From the human T2T-CHM13v2.0 reference genome, Homo sapiens, in assembly GCF_009914755.1 (NCBI RefSeq), contig NC_060925.1: 64,000 bases of DNA, one strand, 5' to 3'. Shown here in pieces: positions 25,430 to 38,864 of the stretch. The notes under the pieces were generated by a model. The model had not been told where the DNA came from. It worked only from the letters and a program-made list of their open reading frames with translations, and searched no databases. Positions within the stretch are counted from its first letter, which is position 1, and each line of letters opens with the position of its first letter. The position numbers were made by a program, and so were the translations under genes.

Positions 25430-25460
25430 TGCTGTTTCAGTTCTGGGCAGCAGAGGGCGA
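25430..25460 (+). promoter_or_regulatory. CTCF-like core with upstream (ZF9-11) motif
   Basis: TGCTGTTTC (25430-25438), 6-nt spacer, then GGGCAGCAGAGGGCGA. Confidence 0.55.
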
Positions 25461-25634
25461 TGTTGCCTCCTAATACTAAAATAGGATTTGGCAGGAAGGT
25501 GAGCGTGGCAGAATTTGGGAGAAGAAACTTGCCTTCTTACTAGCCATTGTAGAGTTCCACAATTTACTTTAAAAATGCCTTGGTTGGCTTTTTGGCTTTA
25601 GTAGGAAGAACAAGGACAAAGGATGGTTAGTTAC

Positions 25635-25890
25635 AATAACAGCTAATACTCTGCATGAAACTTCGTACGAGCCTGGCATTGTTCTATATGCATTTTAGGT
25701 ATACTAACTCACTAAATTCTCACAATATTAGCACGAAGCAGGTAATGATATTACTGTGACCAGTTTAGATATGAGGAAATAGGCACAGCATGGTTAAGTG
25801 ACTTCCCCAGGGTCACAGAGCTAGTAATTGGCAGAGCCAGGATTTGAACTCAGGCTGCGTGGTTCCAAAGTCTGTACTTTTAAGCATTAG
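25635..25890 (-). mobile_element. MIR, near full length
   Basis: atgaggaaataggcacag...aagtgacttccccagggtcacagagctagtaattggcagagccaggatttgaactcagg. Confidence 0.85.
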
Positions 25891-26647
25891 TAACAACTTG
25901 CATTGCACTTTTAGTCCCATTTGATATTTCAAACAGTTTTATGAGGTAAGTACATTCATGACCCTTTTTTTTTTTAAAGGAGAGAGAGATACAGAGATAG
26001 AAATATATATATATAATAGATAGACCAATAGATGAATAGATAGGTAGAGATAGAATGAACTTTGCTAACTTTGCACCTGAAGTGTTCTAAAGACATTTCA
26101 GTGCCAACGTTCTAGGACTCTATGCCTTATATTACTGGCCAATAACACAGAGAAAGTGTCAGAGAGAGGGTACACATTTCCAAGCCTTCTGACATCAAGT
26201 CTAGTGCTTTTTACTACTATACTATTTTATGGACACCTCCCTCCACTGTTCCTGATTCTGTGGGGTGAGGGGTCAAGAGATGTGGAGGCTTGGTCTCTGC
26301 ACTACAGACGCCCTGGGCTATCCTACCTTCCCCCTTCTTTAGCCTCAGCCACAGGATCCAGAAACACGGGATGCAATTGTAGCTCTCTCACTTGGTAGCC
26401 GGATGGCCTTGACCTTGGGCCTCTCTAATCCATCTGGGGAAGTGTGCTTTTAGGAGGGATGATTGAAAGAAGGTAAGTTCTCATTCTTCTAAAGTTTATT
26501 TTCAGTAAAACAGATTGGGGTCATATAACATCAAAGGTCTCTTTTAGGGCTAATACTCTATGAAAGTACAAGTTTGGTATGCCTGAAAATCTGTTATTAA
26601 ATCTTGATCTGATTTCCAGGGACCTCACTCAACCCAAAGGAATGACT

Positions 26648-26797
26648 CATATTCTCAACCTCAGCACTATTGACATTTTGGATTGGGTAATTCCGTGTTG
26701 TGAGGGGCTGTCCTGGATATTGCAGGATGTTTTGAATCATCCCTGGCCTCTACTCACTAAGTGTCAGTGGCACAACCTCCTTGATGTGTGACAAACA
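26648..26797 (+). mobile_element. MER20 (hAT-Charlie) fragment
   Basis: ttctcaacctcagcactattgacattttggattgggtaatt...gcaggatgtttt...catccctggcctctac. Confidence 0.8.
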
Positions 26798-28999
26798 GCT
26801 GGGATATACCTGAATTATGGGAATCCACAAACTGTGGTAGACCAGGAGGACAGATGCTTTGGGTGAATGATGATGGTGGTGATGATAATAATAAGTAAAA
26901 TTTTTCCCCACTGGCTAATACGTCCTAGGCCCTATTCTAAGGGTCCAAATGTATTCTCATTTCATCTTCATAACTACTCTACCAATTTGGCATTGTTAAC
27001 TGCATTCTAAAGAAGAAATTGAGATTTAGCAAGATGATCAAGGTCATACAAAGTTCATAAGAAATGATCTGAGACTCTATTCCCAGGCATTCTCTCATCA
27101 ATGCTCACACGCTGCTTTCTTCAAGGTGGTCTATACAGCAAGACTCAACATGGAGATCACAGGCTGGCATTGGTCCATGGACTATTTGCTTAGTCTGTGA
27201 TGAAGTAAATCAATTACATCACTAAGTACACCATTAAGTTCCGCTACTATTTTTCTGTTGCCAGACTTTCTCAATGAAGGAAGCATTGCCTAGATTTACA
27301 CTCTGACACAAGCTCCTTATTTTCTTGCAGGCAGGGACAGAAATAAAAGTGTTACCTAATATTTGCATGAAATGTTATCATTGACAAACTGTACTACTCT
27401 CTGTAGTCCTACATGCTTCCTATAGGTGTGCCTTTCTAGACCTTGTGAGGTACAGAAGAGGCAACATAATGTGAACTATCTCTTTCCAGTTGTGGAAACC
27501 AAAGCCCAGACAGTTAAGTGGTTTGTCCTTGCTGTTAAGACAATAAGCTGAGGATCCTAGAATATGAGTTCGAGTTTCCCAATTCATAGTCCACTGCTTT
27601 TTCTAAGATGAGACTCTATCTATATTCTGATTATCAGGAAGTGACTCTCTTCCTTTGTCTAGCTCCACATCACATAAAGATCTGAAATAAATTGCTCTTA
27701 TTTCGTGGGATCATCTATTATATTACATGGTTACCAAAAAAAACATAATCACAATTCTATGGCCAATATACTTTCCATTCTTAAAGCACGAGGCTCTTTT
27801 GAATCTCTTGTGTTGTGGACTGAGCCTGGGTTTTGCAATCAGCCCTAGCTCCCTTATTTGCAAATTATGAGACCTTAGGCAGATTTTTAAGCCCCTCTCA
27901 TCCTTACTTCTTTCATGTGTCAGATAGACATAATCACATATACCTGTTGTGTTGTTGCAGTTATGAAATGATGTATGCATGGTGTATATGGTGCCTAGAA
28001 GAATGTCAAACTCATCGTGGGAGCTAAGACAACACAACACTTCTCTTCTTTCTTCTGTCATGTACTTTTCGATTGTTTTCCAGATCCTTAAAACTGTCTC
28101 ATAACACAGTAACTGATAACAGTGGAAACTAATCTTTATCACTAACGCGCAATCCATCTGGGAGAAAGCCATTTCTTCTTAAATCAGGACCAATCAACAG
28201 GGCCTCATGACCCAGCTCTGTCCTGCCATGAGCTTGTAGGAACAGATGGAAAATGGGCTGGGCAGATGGAAAAACTCCCATTTTCCAACAGGAATTATTT
28301 ATTTGTGAAGTTGGAACCACTTGGAATGAATATTTTGAATTAGGGGGATGAAATATTGTAAGATTCACAACAGGGCCATGAAATTAACTAATGCGCTGCG
28401 AATACCAGCGTCACTGTGAGTCAGGGAGTAGGAATAATAATAGGGCTTTTGAAAAATGGTCCAAATGCATAAATTATTTACTGGTGTGTGTTAATGACTC
28501 CCTTGAAGCTGTTCTCCTGATGGCATTATCCCACATGCCCTTCCTAAGAAAGGCACATCTCGCTGAAAGTTCCTTTGTCTTTATGATCAGATTATTACAG
28601 AACATGAATATTATAAAGTACACAGCTACCATTATGAGACCTGTTCAGTGTTAGACATTGTGTGTAAGGCTTTCTATATGTTGTATCCAACCCTTATAAT
28701 GCTTCTGCAGAAGAGCTCCTGCAAGGGCCTATACTTTACAGATGAAGAGACTGAAATTCAATATGATTAAATGTTTTATCCAATTTACACAAGTGGTATG
28801 TAGTAGGTTTTCCTGCTTTCACTTTTGAGTCTCTGACCTATCTCCTCAAATGGCCCCCAAGTAATCAAAACATTCATCTGACTACATCACACTCCTTTGC
28901 CCCCTGTTTTGAGTCTTAGAAGAGCATCAAGGGTCTTTAAGATCTGCTCCTATTTTCTCTGGTTTTGCCTCCTTCACTTTCACCTGGCGTCTCATGTGT

Positions 29000-29430
29000 G
29001 TAGGTAACCATAGTTTACAATTGTCAGAACAGAGAGCAAACTCATGTCTCAGAGTCACTCTTATCTTGCTCGTTCTACCTAGAAAATTCATCCCTGCCAC
29101 GCAAATACCCCGCCCGATCCCCACTCTGGCCAATTGCTTTTTCTTTCTCAGGACTCTGCTTAGTCCTAAATACTCCAGGAAGCCTTCCCTGACAACAGCT
29201 GCCTTTCTCTTACTGTGCTGAGCCATGTGCCTCTCTGCTGTGGCTAAGCACTCCTGGTTTTCCTCACACACAACACTTGCACACCATCGTACTCAACAGC
29301 GTTAGTGTCTGCCTTCTCTCATAGATTGTGATGTTGCCTTACTCATCCACGTGTGCCCAGTACCCAGCACAGCACCAAGCAGAGTGACGGGTTTGTGTGT
29401 GTTGAACTGACAAATGGATGGATGGATAAG
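29000..29430 (+). mobile_element. L2 3' fragment
   Basis: tccaggaagccttccctgac...cccagtacccagcacag...tgttgaactgacaaatggatggatgg. Confidence 0.6.
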
Positions 29431-30613
29431 AATGACAAATGCTTTGTTCTAAAGTGTCCGTGTGGTATGTCTGCAGTATCTGTGATGGCCTCGTGTCAAC
29501 GAACAGCTAAGCTATCTATATAGGAATAAGTAACAATGCCTCATCAGGATCCCAGAGACAGCTGAGGGAATTCAAGGTGTTGGCTGATTGGCATTCTCAG
29601 GATGAGAGAGATTGAGGCATTAGAAAGGTAGATGAAAATGGACATGTATTTTCTGATCCCCTAAGTACTAGGGAGAAAAGCTACCAACAGACCAATTCCA
29701 GGTAAGCGTCAGTATTGGAAGGAAGTCTAGTGGTGTTTGGATAGGAACATTAGCAAGGAAGTCTGGACATATCTTTGGAAATCCACTCAAACTATTCACT
29801 GAGGCCTAACACACAGTAGGTGCTCAGTAAATGCTTGTTGAATAAAAAAGACAGAAATAGGCAGGGCTGAGCTCCTCTTTTCCTTCCTGAGACGGAGAGG
29901 CCCACAGTAACTAGAAGCTCCAGAATGAAGCTACACCCAGGCCATTACATGTTCCTCCAGGTGGCCCAGGGTGGGGGTCATCACAGGCCTTGGGGCTGGG
30001 AAGATCTGTGATTAAGCCATGGCTATACCACTCTTTTGCCAAGCCTCACCTCTTCATTCATAAAGTAGAAAGAATTCCCACCTCTCAGGGCTGTCACGAG
30101 TATTAGATTAGACCACAGAACCTGGCCCACAGCGTGTGTTCAATATTCAGAGTCCCCTTCCCCTTGCCTTAGGTTCAGTGAACATTGGCACAAGGCAGCA
30201 GGAAACAAATCCTAAGCTGCACTGAGTGGGAACAAAGTTTCTTGCACCCTCTGCCAACCTGGCTGTTGGAACAGGGCAAACCTGCTGCTGGAAGCTGGAT
30301 AATAAGACAGGACGCAGTAGGACTGGCAGGTCTAGCAAATAATGGGCAACAAGAGCTGTGCAGAAGGAAGGCAGGTCTTCACTTCCATCTCTAGTTCCTC
30401 CTGTAGCTTTAGCAAAGTCACAGAACTTCTCTGAGTCTCAGCATCCTCATCTGCAGATGGTCACCATTCTTCTTTTGTTCCTCTTCACCCCTGGCTGTTC
30501 TGTGTTGTTCTGAGGATAAAGGGCATGCTTGGAAACATGCCCTAGATAACTCATAGGTCATCACAGTTGACCTGGTCAGAAATTCATCCCTCCGGGAGGT
30601 AGGAGGAATAATG

Positions 30614-30734
30614 AGTGGGAGTTTAAAGAGCCTGAGATCCAGCTTACACTCTGAGTTTTGGAGGAGCATCTAACCCAAATGCTCCTTCAAAAGTCAGAGT
30701 GTAAGTTGGATCTCAGGCTCTGGAAACTCCCACT
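30614..30734. repeat. Long inverted repeat: 56-bp arms (51/56 complementary) with a 9-nt spacer
   Basis: Left arm 30614-30669, spacer ctaacccaa, right arm 30679-30734, aligned base by base. Confidence 0.95.
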
Positions 30735-32229
30735 GTGCACTGTACTTTGTTTGATGTATGGCAGATAAATGGCAGGGGTTTATTTAGACAGGGCCTTCCA
30801 GACTGCAAATCAGCTGGAGAAGATGTTTATGTGGTTACTAGTGTGATTATGGATATAAAAGAGCAGAGACCACGAATTTATCCTAGGTGTAGTGGTACCT
30901 TCTCCCTCCTCTTCTGCCATTGGATTCATGAGGCCAAGACCTGGCAAATTCTCAGATCCTTCACAACCCATCTTGAAAGGGACCACTATTTCCCATCGTG
31001 AACAGATTTTCATCCATCCTGAGTCCTTCTCAGGAAGCTACCAACCTTATAGAGTAGCCTACTTCATTGTTCATCAGCTCTGATTGTTAGTGTGTTTTTT
31101 CAGATTAATTCAAAATCAATCTCTCTATAACTTCTTCCATTCCTACCTCCACTCCTGGCACCTAAAGAGTGGAATACCTTTCCTAGCTCCTTTTCTTTTC
31201 CTTTAGTCTCTCTCCCACATGCTGAATTTAAGGGCATGTGGTGCCATGGCTGAGTAAGGAGTAGAAAGTGTTGTTAAGTAAGGTCAGCCCTGGTGGGAAT
31301 AGATGATATGACTTAATTGGGATGGGCTGTTTTTTCAGAGGTTCACACATATGAAGTTCAAAGAGGAAGGTGTAGGTCAGGGTTTGAGATATGGAAAGTT
31401 TTATACAACAGGGTAACTTTGATCTAGTTCTTGCAGAATAAAAAGGAATTTAACAGTTAAAAGTAAGAGAAAAGGTATTGCAAGAAGAGAAAATTGCGTG
31501 TGCAAAGGCAAAAAGTCAGGAACATGCATAATGTCTTTAGGAAGAAAAGAGTTGTCCATGTGGCTGAAATGAAGATGAGAAAACAGTGGCAGATGAGGCA
31601 GGAGGGACGGGCAGTGGTGATTCAAAGGATGCAATGAGCTGCTTGTTTCTAGCAAGATGTTAGCCAAGCTGCAGTTGGTCTTATTTGGTGAGTGATGGCA
31701 GCCATGCAATTAGTATACAGTTTATTTAACAATATTGATTTGATATTCCATATAGGCTATGCCCTACTTGAGGCCCTGACACTTTGGGAGCACAGGGCCT
31801 GGGACATAGTGCATGCTTTAAATATGCTTGCTGAATCAGTAAGTGTGGTAGGTGACTTAAAAGACTTAAGGTGTTGAAACTTCACCTAGGAAAGCATTTT
31901 CTATAGTGTCTTGCATAGAGCACTGGTTCTGAGAACTGCCAAAATGTTATATTTGAAAATAAAAACTACTTTGGTCAAATGAACTTGGATTAAACAAGAA
32001 GAAGATGACTTTTTGTTTGGTTTTGTTTTCATTGTGTTAGTCCTTGGGCATTGAGACTTACCAAGGAGGAAGGGATATAGGCTATGGTGTTTCCCAAACT
32101 TGAACATTAAACACCTGTCTGGAAGAGCATCACCTGGTTTTAATATTCCAGGGAACACACTCTGAGAGACAGCTATAGGTATCTGAAAGTAAATAAAGAA
32201 GCAGAATTGTTTTTGTCATTAAGAGCATG

Positions 32230-33020
32230 GTGGAAAGATAAAGAGTGGAGAAGGTCCTGCTGCTTCTTAAAATATCTAGCACAGAAGGAACATGTATTAC
32301 TCCAGTTCACATTCCACTGGTGAGACCTAGCCAAGAAGCCATGTCTGTTTGCAAGATGGGCTGTAAATGAAGCCCCTGCTCGACAGCTACTTTCCACCTT
32401 CAGCCACCCATTATGAAAGAAGGAGCACAAATTTTGGTGGACAGCTAGCTATCTCTGCCAATTTTGCTGAAGAAACAAAGACTCCATGAATGAGTTGGAG
32501 AGGGAAAGCCAGAAGATTCCAAATGGGCATTTCAAGCTGCAGCGTTTAAAAGGCTCTTGTTGGGAATTATATTCCTTTTCCTCCTACTTGCCAGGGTGTA
32601 TCAGTAAGCTTCTGCCATGGCAACAATCTCGATTCTTAGTGGCTTATTTTTTGTTTATGTTCAAAGACTTGTTTTTGTTCATGTATAGGTTCATGTTGAT
32701 GTCTATGATGTTGATTTCTACTGTGCTCCATGTTGTCTTTACTTTGGGTTCTAGGCTGCTATCACAGGCTTATCGGTGAAGAAAAAGAGAACATGGGAGA
32801 ACCACAGAATATCCTTTAAAACTACCATTAGGAATGACGTTACTTCTACCCAACTTCACTGACAAAAGGCAGTGATCAGGCTCAACAGGATGGAGTTAAT
32901 TCTCTCACTGGGTGGCAAGTCATAAGTCATAAGTTATGGGCCAAGCCTGATTGACATCAATGAGGTTGGAAAGTATCATTCCCTAAGTGGATGAAGCAAA
33001 CTTTGAACAATAGTTATTTT
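32230..33020 (-). mobile_element. Two adjacent MLT1 (H/I/J-like) LTR fragments
   Basis: ttcacattccactggtgagacctag...ggtggacagctagc, and ggccaagcctga...catcaatgagg. Confidence 0.55.
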
Positions 33021-33626
33021 GCAATAGACGATACAAGGGACTCAGAATTCTTACCTTGTGGGGTTAGGGCACTGAAAGATCTTATGGAAATGCCCACCAA
33101 CCTCAGGCAATAGTCACCCCTTCAGTTGTTGGCAGTCACTCATCATGAAATAGAGGATTTATATTTCAATCATGTGAATGTCAGAAGTCAAGTCCTTCTA
33201 GCCTGGGGCTGCCTTTAGCATTTCTGGAGTCCTGTGTTCAATACTCTCTGGAGGAGTGCACCCTGGGTGAGGAAAGGATCCCAATCCTGGCTTATCGAGG
33301 AAGAGCGGGGCATAGTGTATACAACCTAGGGGTATTGTGTGTGTTGTGGGAGGAGGGGACAGGAAATCATAAAAAAGCATCAGGTGGAAAAGGGATAATA
33401 TGTGGCTTGCATATGCTTGTCCCTTTCCAGGAAAGGTCATCTGCCTTCACTCACCTGGCAGAATCCAGTTCAACATTCCAGGCTGAGCACAAGCATCTTG
33501 TCCCCCAATAAGCTCCCATTGATTCACTCAATTTGAGATGTTTATTCTTTCTGTTGTGCACTCATTACTCTCACGGTAAGTTTAAGAAAGTGCTTATCAC
33601 ACTAGTACAGTTATTTACCTACTTGC

Positions 33627-34081
33627 TGTCATAGGTGGAATTGCATCCCTGCGTGAAAGTTCTGCTGAAGTCCTAACTTCCAGTGCCTCAGAACATGATC
33701 TTATTTGGAATAGCCTTTTCAGAGGTGATCAAGTTAAAATGAGGTCCTTCATCGTTCTGGTGGGCCCTAATTCCATATGACTGGTGCCATATTGAAAAGA
33801 GGAAATCTGACATAGAGAGAGACACATACTGAAGGAGAATGTAATGTGAAGGTGAAGGCATAGATCAAGGTCATGCCTCAACGAGTCAAGCAATACTGAA
33901 GACATTAAGCCAAGGAAGGGGCATGAAACAGATTCTCCCTTGTGGCCCTTAGAAAGAATCAACTCTATTGATACTTTGATTTTGGGCTTCTAGCCTCCAG
34001 AACTGTGAGGTAATACAGTTTTGTTGTTTAAGCTGGCCAGTTTGCAGTACTTGGTTATGGCAGCCCTAGCAAACTAATACA
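33627..34081 (+). mobile_element. MLT1B/C solo LTR, complete
   Basis: TG...CA ends; 3' end gttatggcagccctagcaaactaataca; 5-bp TSD cttgc at 33622-33626 and 34082-34086. Confidence 0.88.
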
Positions 34082-35744
34082 CTTGCCTACACATCTGTTC
34101 CCCTAAATCCACTTCCACCTAATCCCTCCCAAATTAAGTCAGTTCTGGAGGACAGAAATACGGTTTTCTTTCCTTCTTTCTTTCTTTTTAATTATCCCTG
34201 ATGCCTAGAAGGGCCAGGCACAGAGTTAGTTTTTGCTACAATTATTGATCACATTTTGCATTCTCTTTGGCCACAAGGGAGAGAAAAAAGGGACTAGAAG
34301 AGGAACTTGTTTTAGAAGAACAAGCTGGAGCTGTCTGGAAAGCAAAAGAAGACAAGTAGTGAGATCCATGTCCCTGAAGGTGTCCAAGAATATGCAGGCT
34401 GAAGGAAACCCTGCTTAGGGCTGGTTCTATGAGAATGTTGAGAAATAGTTTTGCTGGTTGTAATCTTCCAGAGATTGGTCTATTGATCAGTATTTTGGAA
34501 TCCGGGTGAGTCAGAACCAGGCTAGGTGTCGCCCTTGTGTAGCTGTTGAAGATAGTGTGGGAGAGTGGGGTGTGTGTTTTAAGCAAGTGCTTGGTTCAAA
34601 GTGCCAATTTCTCTTCACCAGCTAAGTCTCGATCAGCCTTTGTCAGAGCTCAATCTGCCTGTGAATTTGCCTGGAATCCATTCCCAGCAGCACCATCTGT
34701 TTGCGATTGTCCTACCATCTGACCATTTACCCTTTGTCAACTTCCTCCTCCGGGCACTCCCACTGCCAGTTGGAATCCGCCCATGGATTCCACCCATTGT
34801 CCATCCTGGATAAACTGAGTCTGGAGAAAGACAGCACAGGAGAGAAGGGAAGAGGTGGGAGACGTTCCAATGTGCTAGCGTTCTTGGCCAAGAGGTGTCT
34901 GGGAAGCCCCATTAAGCCTTCACACAGAACCTGGAGAGAGAGCATGTGGCCCAGCCAGAGCCATATTGTGCCCCAGGCAGTCTGATGGCTCCACAAATAA
35001 TATTGATGCCTTTTGTTTGAAAACTCTTTGTGGAGGTTTCCCATTCCCAACAAACCACGCTTGATGCTGGGCTTCCCGCAAGCCTCTTTGCCTTTTGCAC
35101 AGTCCCGTGGCCAACTGTGCAGGCAGATGAGGGCCCCCGAATGCTAATGAGGGAAATGGCTGGCATTCCTAAGGCACGCCCGACTCTGGGAACCCCGCCT
35201 TTGTTGCTAAGGAACATTGGAACTGTAGCTGAAAGGCTCTTAGAAGAGAGAGGAGTGAAGAGAGGGAGAGAAGAAAGGAGAGCATTTGTTTTCAGAGCTT
35301 CACAGTTCTCTGGCCAGCTCCAAAGCTGTCCAATCTCTGATCCCAATTAGAATATCAAACCCCCTGTTATTGTTTCTCTTAATGATCTTGGGAAATTCCT
35401 CAGAAGAGTCAGCAAGCACTTAGCAAACTTTTTGGACTGCGCCATCTCTACAGTTGTGCTTCTGGTAGTGTGAACATACCATGCCAGAGTCCTGAAAACC
35501 ATCTTTGTTCCAGTTCCCAGAAGGCAGTGATGAAGCTGGAGGATGGGAAGAGGGCAAAAAGCTGTTGGGTTTTCAAAATGTACCCGTGGGGGCTCCACTT
35601 AGCAGATGATTGCCAGGTGCCCACTCGGCAGTGCGTCTGAGCTCTGCGCTGGTCACAAAGACAGGAAGATCTTGTTCCTGGCTTGCAGTCACCTCCAGAC
35701 TTGCTGGGAGGGACACACCACACATGCTAAAGAGAATTGTATGG

Positions 35745-35750
35745 TTTATT
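35745..35750 (-). terminator. Candidate distal AATAAA poly(A) signal for C1orf87 read-through or alternative 3' ends
   Basis: tttatt on the plus strand; a GT-rich tract (tgtgtggtgtgt) lies ~25-35 nt downstream on the minus strand. Confidence 0.35.
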
Positions 35751-35769
35751 TGCTCTAACTGTGGCCAAC

Positions 35770-35960
35770 AGCATTGAGGAACTTGGAGTTATGCAAGACT
35801 GGGTTCTAATCCTGGCTCAGTCACTCACAGCTATAAGTCCTTAGGCAAGTACATACACTACCCTGAGCCTCTGTTTCTCACCTGTACAATGGGCATGGTA
35901 ATGCCAACCTCATTGGTTTACTTTGTGGAGTAAGTACAGGACAGAGAATGAGAGACAGGA
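35770..35960 (+). mobile_element. MIR
   Basis: gactgggttctaatcctggctc...ctgagcctctgtttctcacctgtacaatggg. Confidence 0.75.
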
Positions 35961-36439
35961 ATGTGGAACACATATTCTGTGCCCTCCAGGACCACACAGT
36001 CGGTGAACCATCTGTGGGCTTGGAAAATGTCTGTACCTGGAAAAGGCATTCAACCATTTGGCCCATTGGATGGGGTAAAATGAAATCCTGTATAAGACTA
36101 AAATAAGCTAGTTTCCCTTATGGAGCATGTCTATGTGCCAGGCATAGCACTGGGCAATTTGCATGCATTATCTCATTTAATATGAATGATGCTCTCAGGT
36201 AAGTAGGGACTTGTTCAGGGCCACACAGCTGGGAAAGAGTCTGCCCAGCTGATGAGAACCTGCCTCTGTCATTCTGTGCCCTTTCCATCCTTAAAGCCTG
36301 AGGTTTTTGGGGGAGTTGGGACATACTCAATTGACACCAAGCATCTCCAGAGCACACTGAAGGATAACCAGTCCACTATCCACAGACATCCATTTGGGAA
36401 GGTTTTTTTGGAGGACACTGGTCAAGACTGACACCAGAC

Positions 36440-36791
36440 TTTCCCAACACAGTGGTTATTAGAAGTTCACAATGACACAGCTCTGAGAAAAAAGGGAGAA
36501 AAGTAACAGACTTTCTATAAGTAAACCATGAAGTTCCAGCATAGAGATCATAATGATATTCTGAACCATAATGACTTCCTGGCACTTCTTAGTAATTTCC
36601 ATCCACCAACACCCCTCCCCAATGCTCCTTGTCTATCAATTCCCACTTTTTCTTGTTGAATTTAGAGTTGAGCCCAATATCTCTCCCCTACTGCAAAACT
36701 CCATTGCAGTGGTTCCTATGACTATTGTGATAGTTTTGAGTAAAACCTGCCTTACGATTTTAACAAGAGTCAGAATAATTTTTTCTTTAAG
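36440..36791 (+). mobile_element. ERV1-class LTR (MER34/MER39-like)
   Basis: ttagagttgagcccaatatctctcccctactgcaa...ttttaacaagagtcagaataattttttctttaa 3' end. Confidence 0.6.
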
Positions 36792-36802
36792 ACAGACAGA
36801 CA

Positions 36803-36843
<41 letters not shown>
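36803..36843. repeat. (CA)n microsatellite, ~20 units
   Basis: Directly visible. Confidence 0.95.
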
Positions 36844-36845
<2 letters not shown>

Positions 36846-38864
36846 CTTGGAGAAAAGCAGTGGAGAATTCCAGGAGACGATGCAAAAGCAATTGATACTT
36901 GACTCTAGAAGGCAGATACATCTCAAAATTTGTTCTTACTGTAGTAGTGGCCTGACCTCCCTATGCCATTTCACATAGACCGTTGTTCAAAGTACTTTGG
37001 AAGCTTCTTGAATGTTCAGCAGCTAAGGGAAGGGACATAAAAGGGTATATCGTTATTACATGCAAAGAACTGTTCAAATGGCATTGCTTTCAATGTTTAT
37101 AACAATCCTTCAAACAGATGTAATTGCTTCTGTTTTATAGATGAAGGAACTGAACTCCAGGGGGATTAAGCAACTTGTCAAGTCTACCACCCGCTAAGTG
37201 CAAGAGCCAGATTTTGGCTATTTTTGAAGCTATTTATTCTTTTTCTACTCTCTGTGGAAATATGGGGGGTAGGGTAGTAGGGTGACTGTGGATCTAGATC
37301 TGGTAAAGGTTACCCTACTTATAGAAGTATTCATTCAGCCAAGACTATAGTACAGGTTATGCTTAACCTGTGGTCACACAGCTCTGGTGGCACCTTTCAT
37401 GCTGCATTCTATGTAAATGCAGCCCCCTGCATTTGTGTAGCTTGGGGATGCTGAGGCTACTTATCAGAAACTATGCTAGATATTGGATATTAAGAATTGG
37501 GCAAGGTAAAATCATTGCTCTTCAGGGCCTTATGATTTTGTCTAATAACCCCGACTTCAGGTTTAGGATCTTCTTTTACCCAAACTGCCTCTCCAACCCA
37601 CTTACTCCCAGAGATGAAGGGTAAAGTGAGACCTTCTCAGTATCAGTTGACCAGTCCTTCACAGGAAGCACGAACCTTCTAGCAGATATTAACTGGCACA
37701 ACCAAACAGCTTTCTTGTCCTCTGAGTCTGTTTCCTCATCTGTGAAACAGAGCTGTGAAACCTGTCTTATTGAATTGTCAGAGATAGACCAAACAAAGTA
37801 TGTCAGGTTCCTCAAACACAATAGTTGCTCAAGGCATATTAAATTTTTGACCTACTATTCTAATTGTCCTTACTTGGCATTTTGTTAGAATGAGAAAGCC
37901 GTGTCTATTTGCTTGCTCTTTTGACCTAAAAGGCAGCCAGAAAGTCCAAGGGTTCTAGAAAGGGTGGTCAGTCGGTTTCAAGAGTCATTTTTCTGGACAA
38001 CTCAAGGATTATAAAAACCAAAGCAGGTCAGACTAGAAGACCCTTAGAGACCATTTATTTCAGTGGATCCAAATAGTTTTGTTCTTAAGGCCTTGTCTAT
38101 AAGAGTACATGAAGCACCTCATTTTATAAAATGGATAGAAAGGGATGCTCAGAGGCCTTTCTGTTTGATTTTCCCCTTGACCTAACTTGTTCATTTTGTC
38201 TGGCACACAGATTGGAAACTCAGTACCCTGATCACCCAGTATTAGTGATGGTGCTGGGAGCACATTGTCTCTGAAGCTCCAGGCCAGTGTTTCTTCAATG
38301 AGCTCATGCTACCTGTATGGTGTGATACGTGTGTAACTGTGTGCTATGTGAGTGGTGCAAAGTCAGGGGGGATGTTAAGAACAGAAGAACTATGGGAGCT
38401 GATGGAAAGTTCCACCTGGTTTTCCTGTCCAGGCAGAGCAAAGGATGTTACCTATTCCCAAAACGCTTTGTCCCAAGGAGTCCTTCCTCAAAACTTCTAT
38501 CTTGGACTTTTGGAAAATACCCCTGGAGACAGTGTAATGTTGTTTAGTTTTGTACTGCAGAAAATATTGGACTTGTTCAGAAAACCTCACTTGAAATGTT
38601 TCTTCTACTGCTTAAGATTAAGATAGTGTATTGGTAATACTTTTATTTTTCTTATGGTATGGAAATCCTTCCTAGAATAATGACCAGGAGAAGGGATGAT
38701 TTACCTATCCAAAAATGATGTTCATAGGTCTACTAGGTTCCAGGCACTGTGGGAAAGTGGCAACATTTAATGTTTTTTTTACTATGTGGAATTGTGGGGT
38801 TTGAAACAACATAGTTTGATTAGCAATGTAGGAAAAAATCAAACATGTAATATTAATAATAAGT

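Noticed and set aside
34500-35720. Cluster of overlapping 64-144 aa ORFs in unique DNA
   Set aside because: No consistent strand or splice structure and no recognisable product; at most regulatory DNA (AP-1 at 34507-34513).
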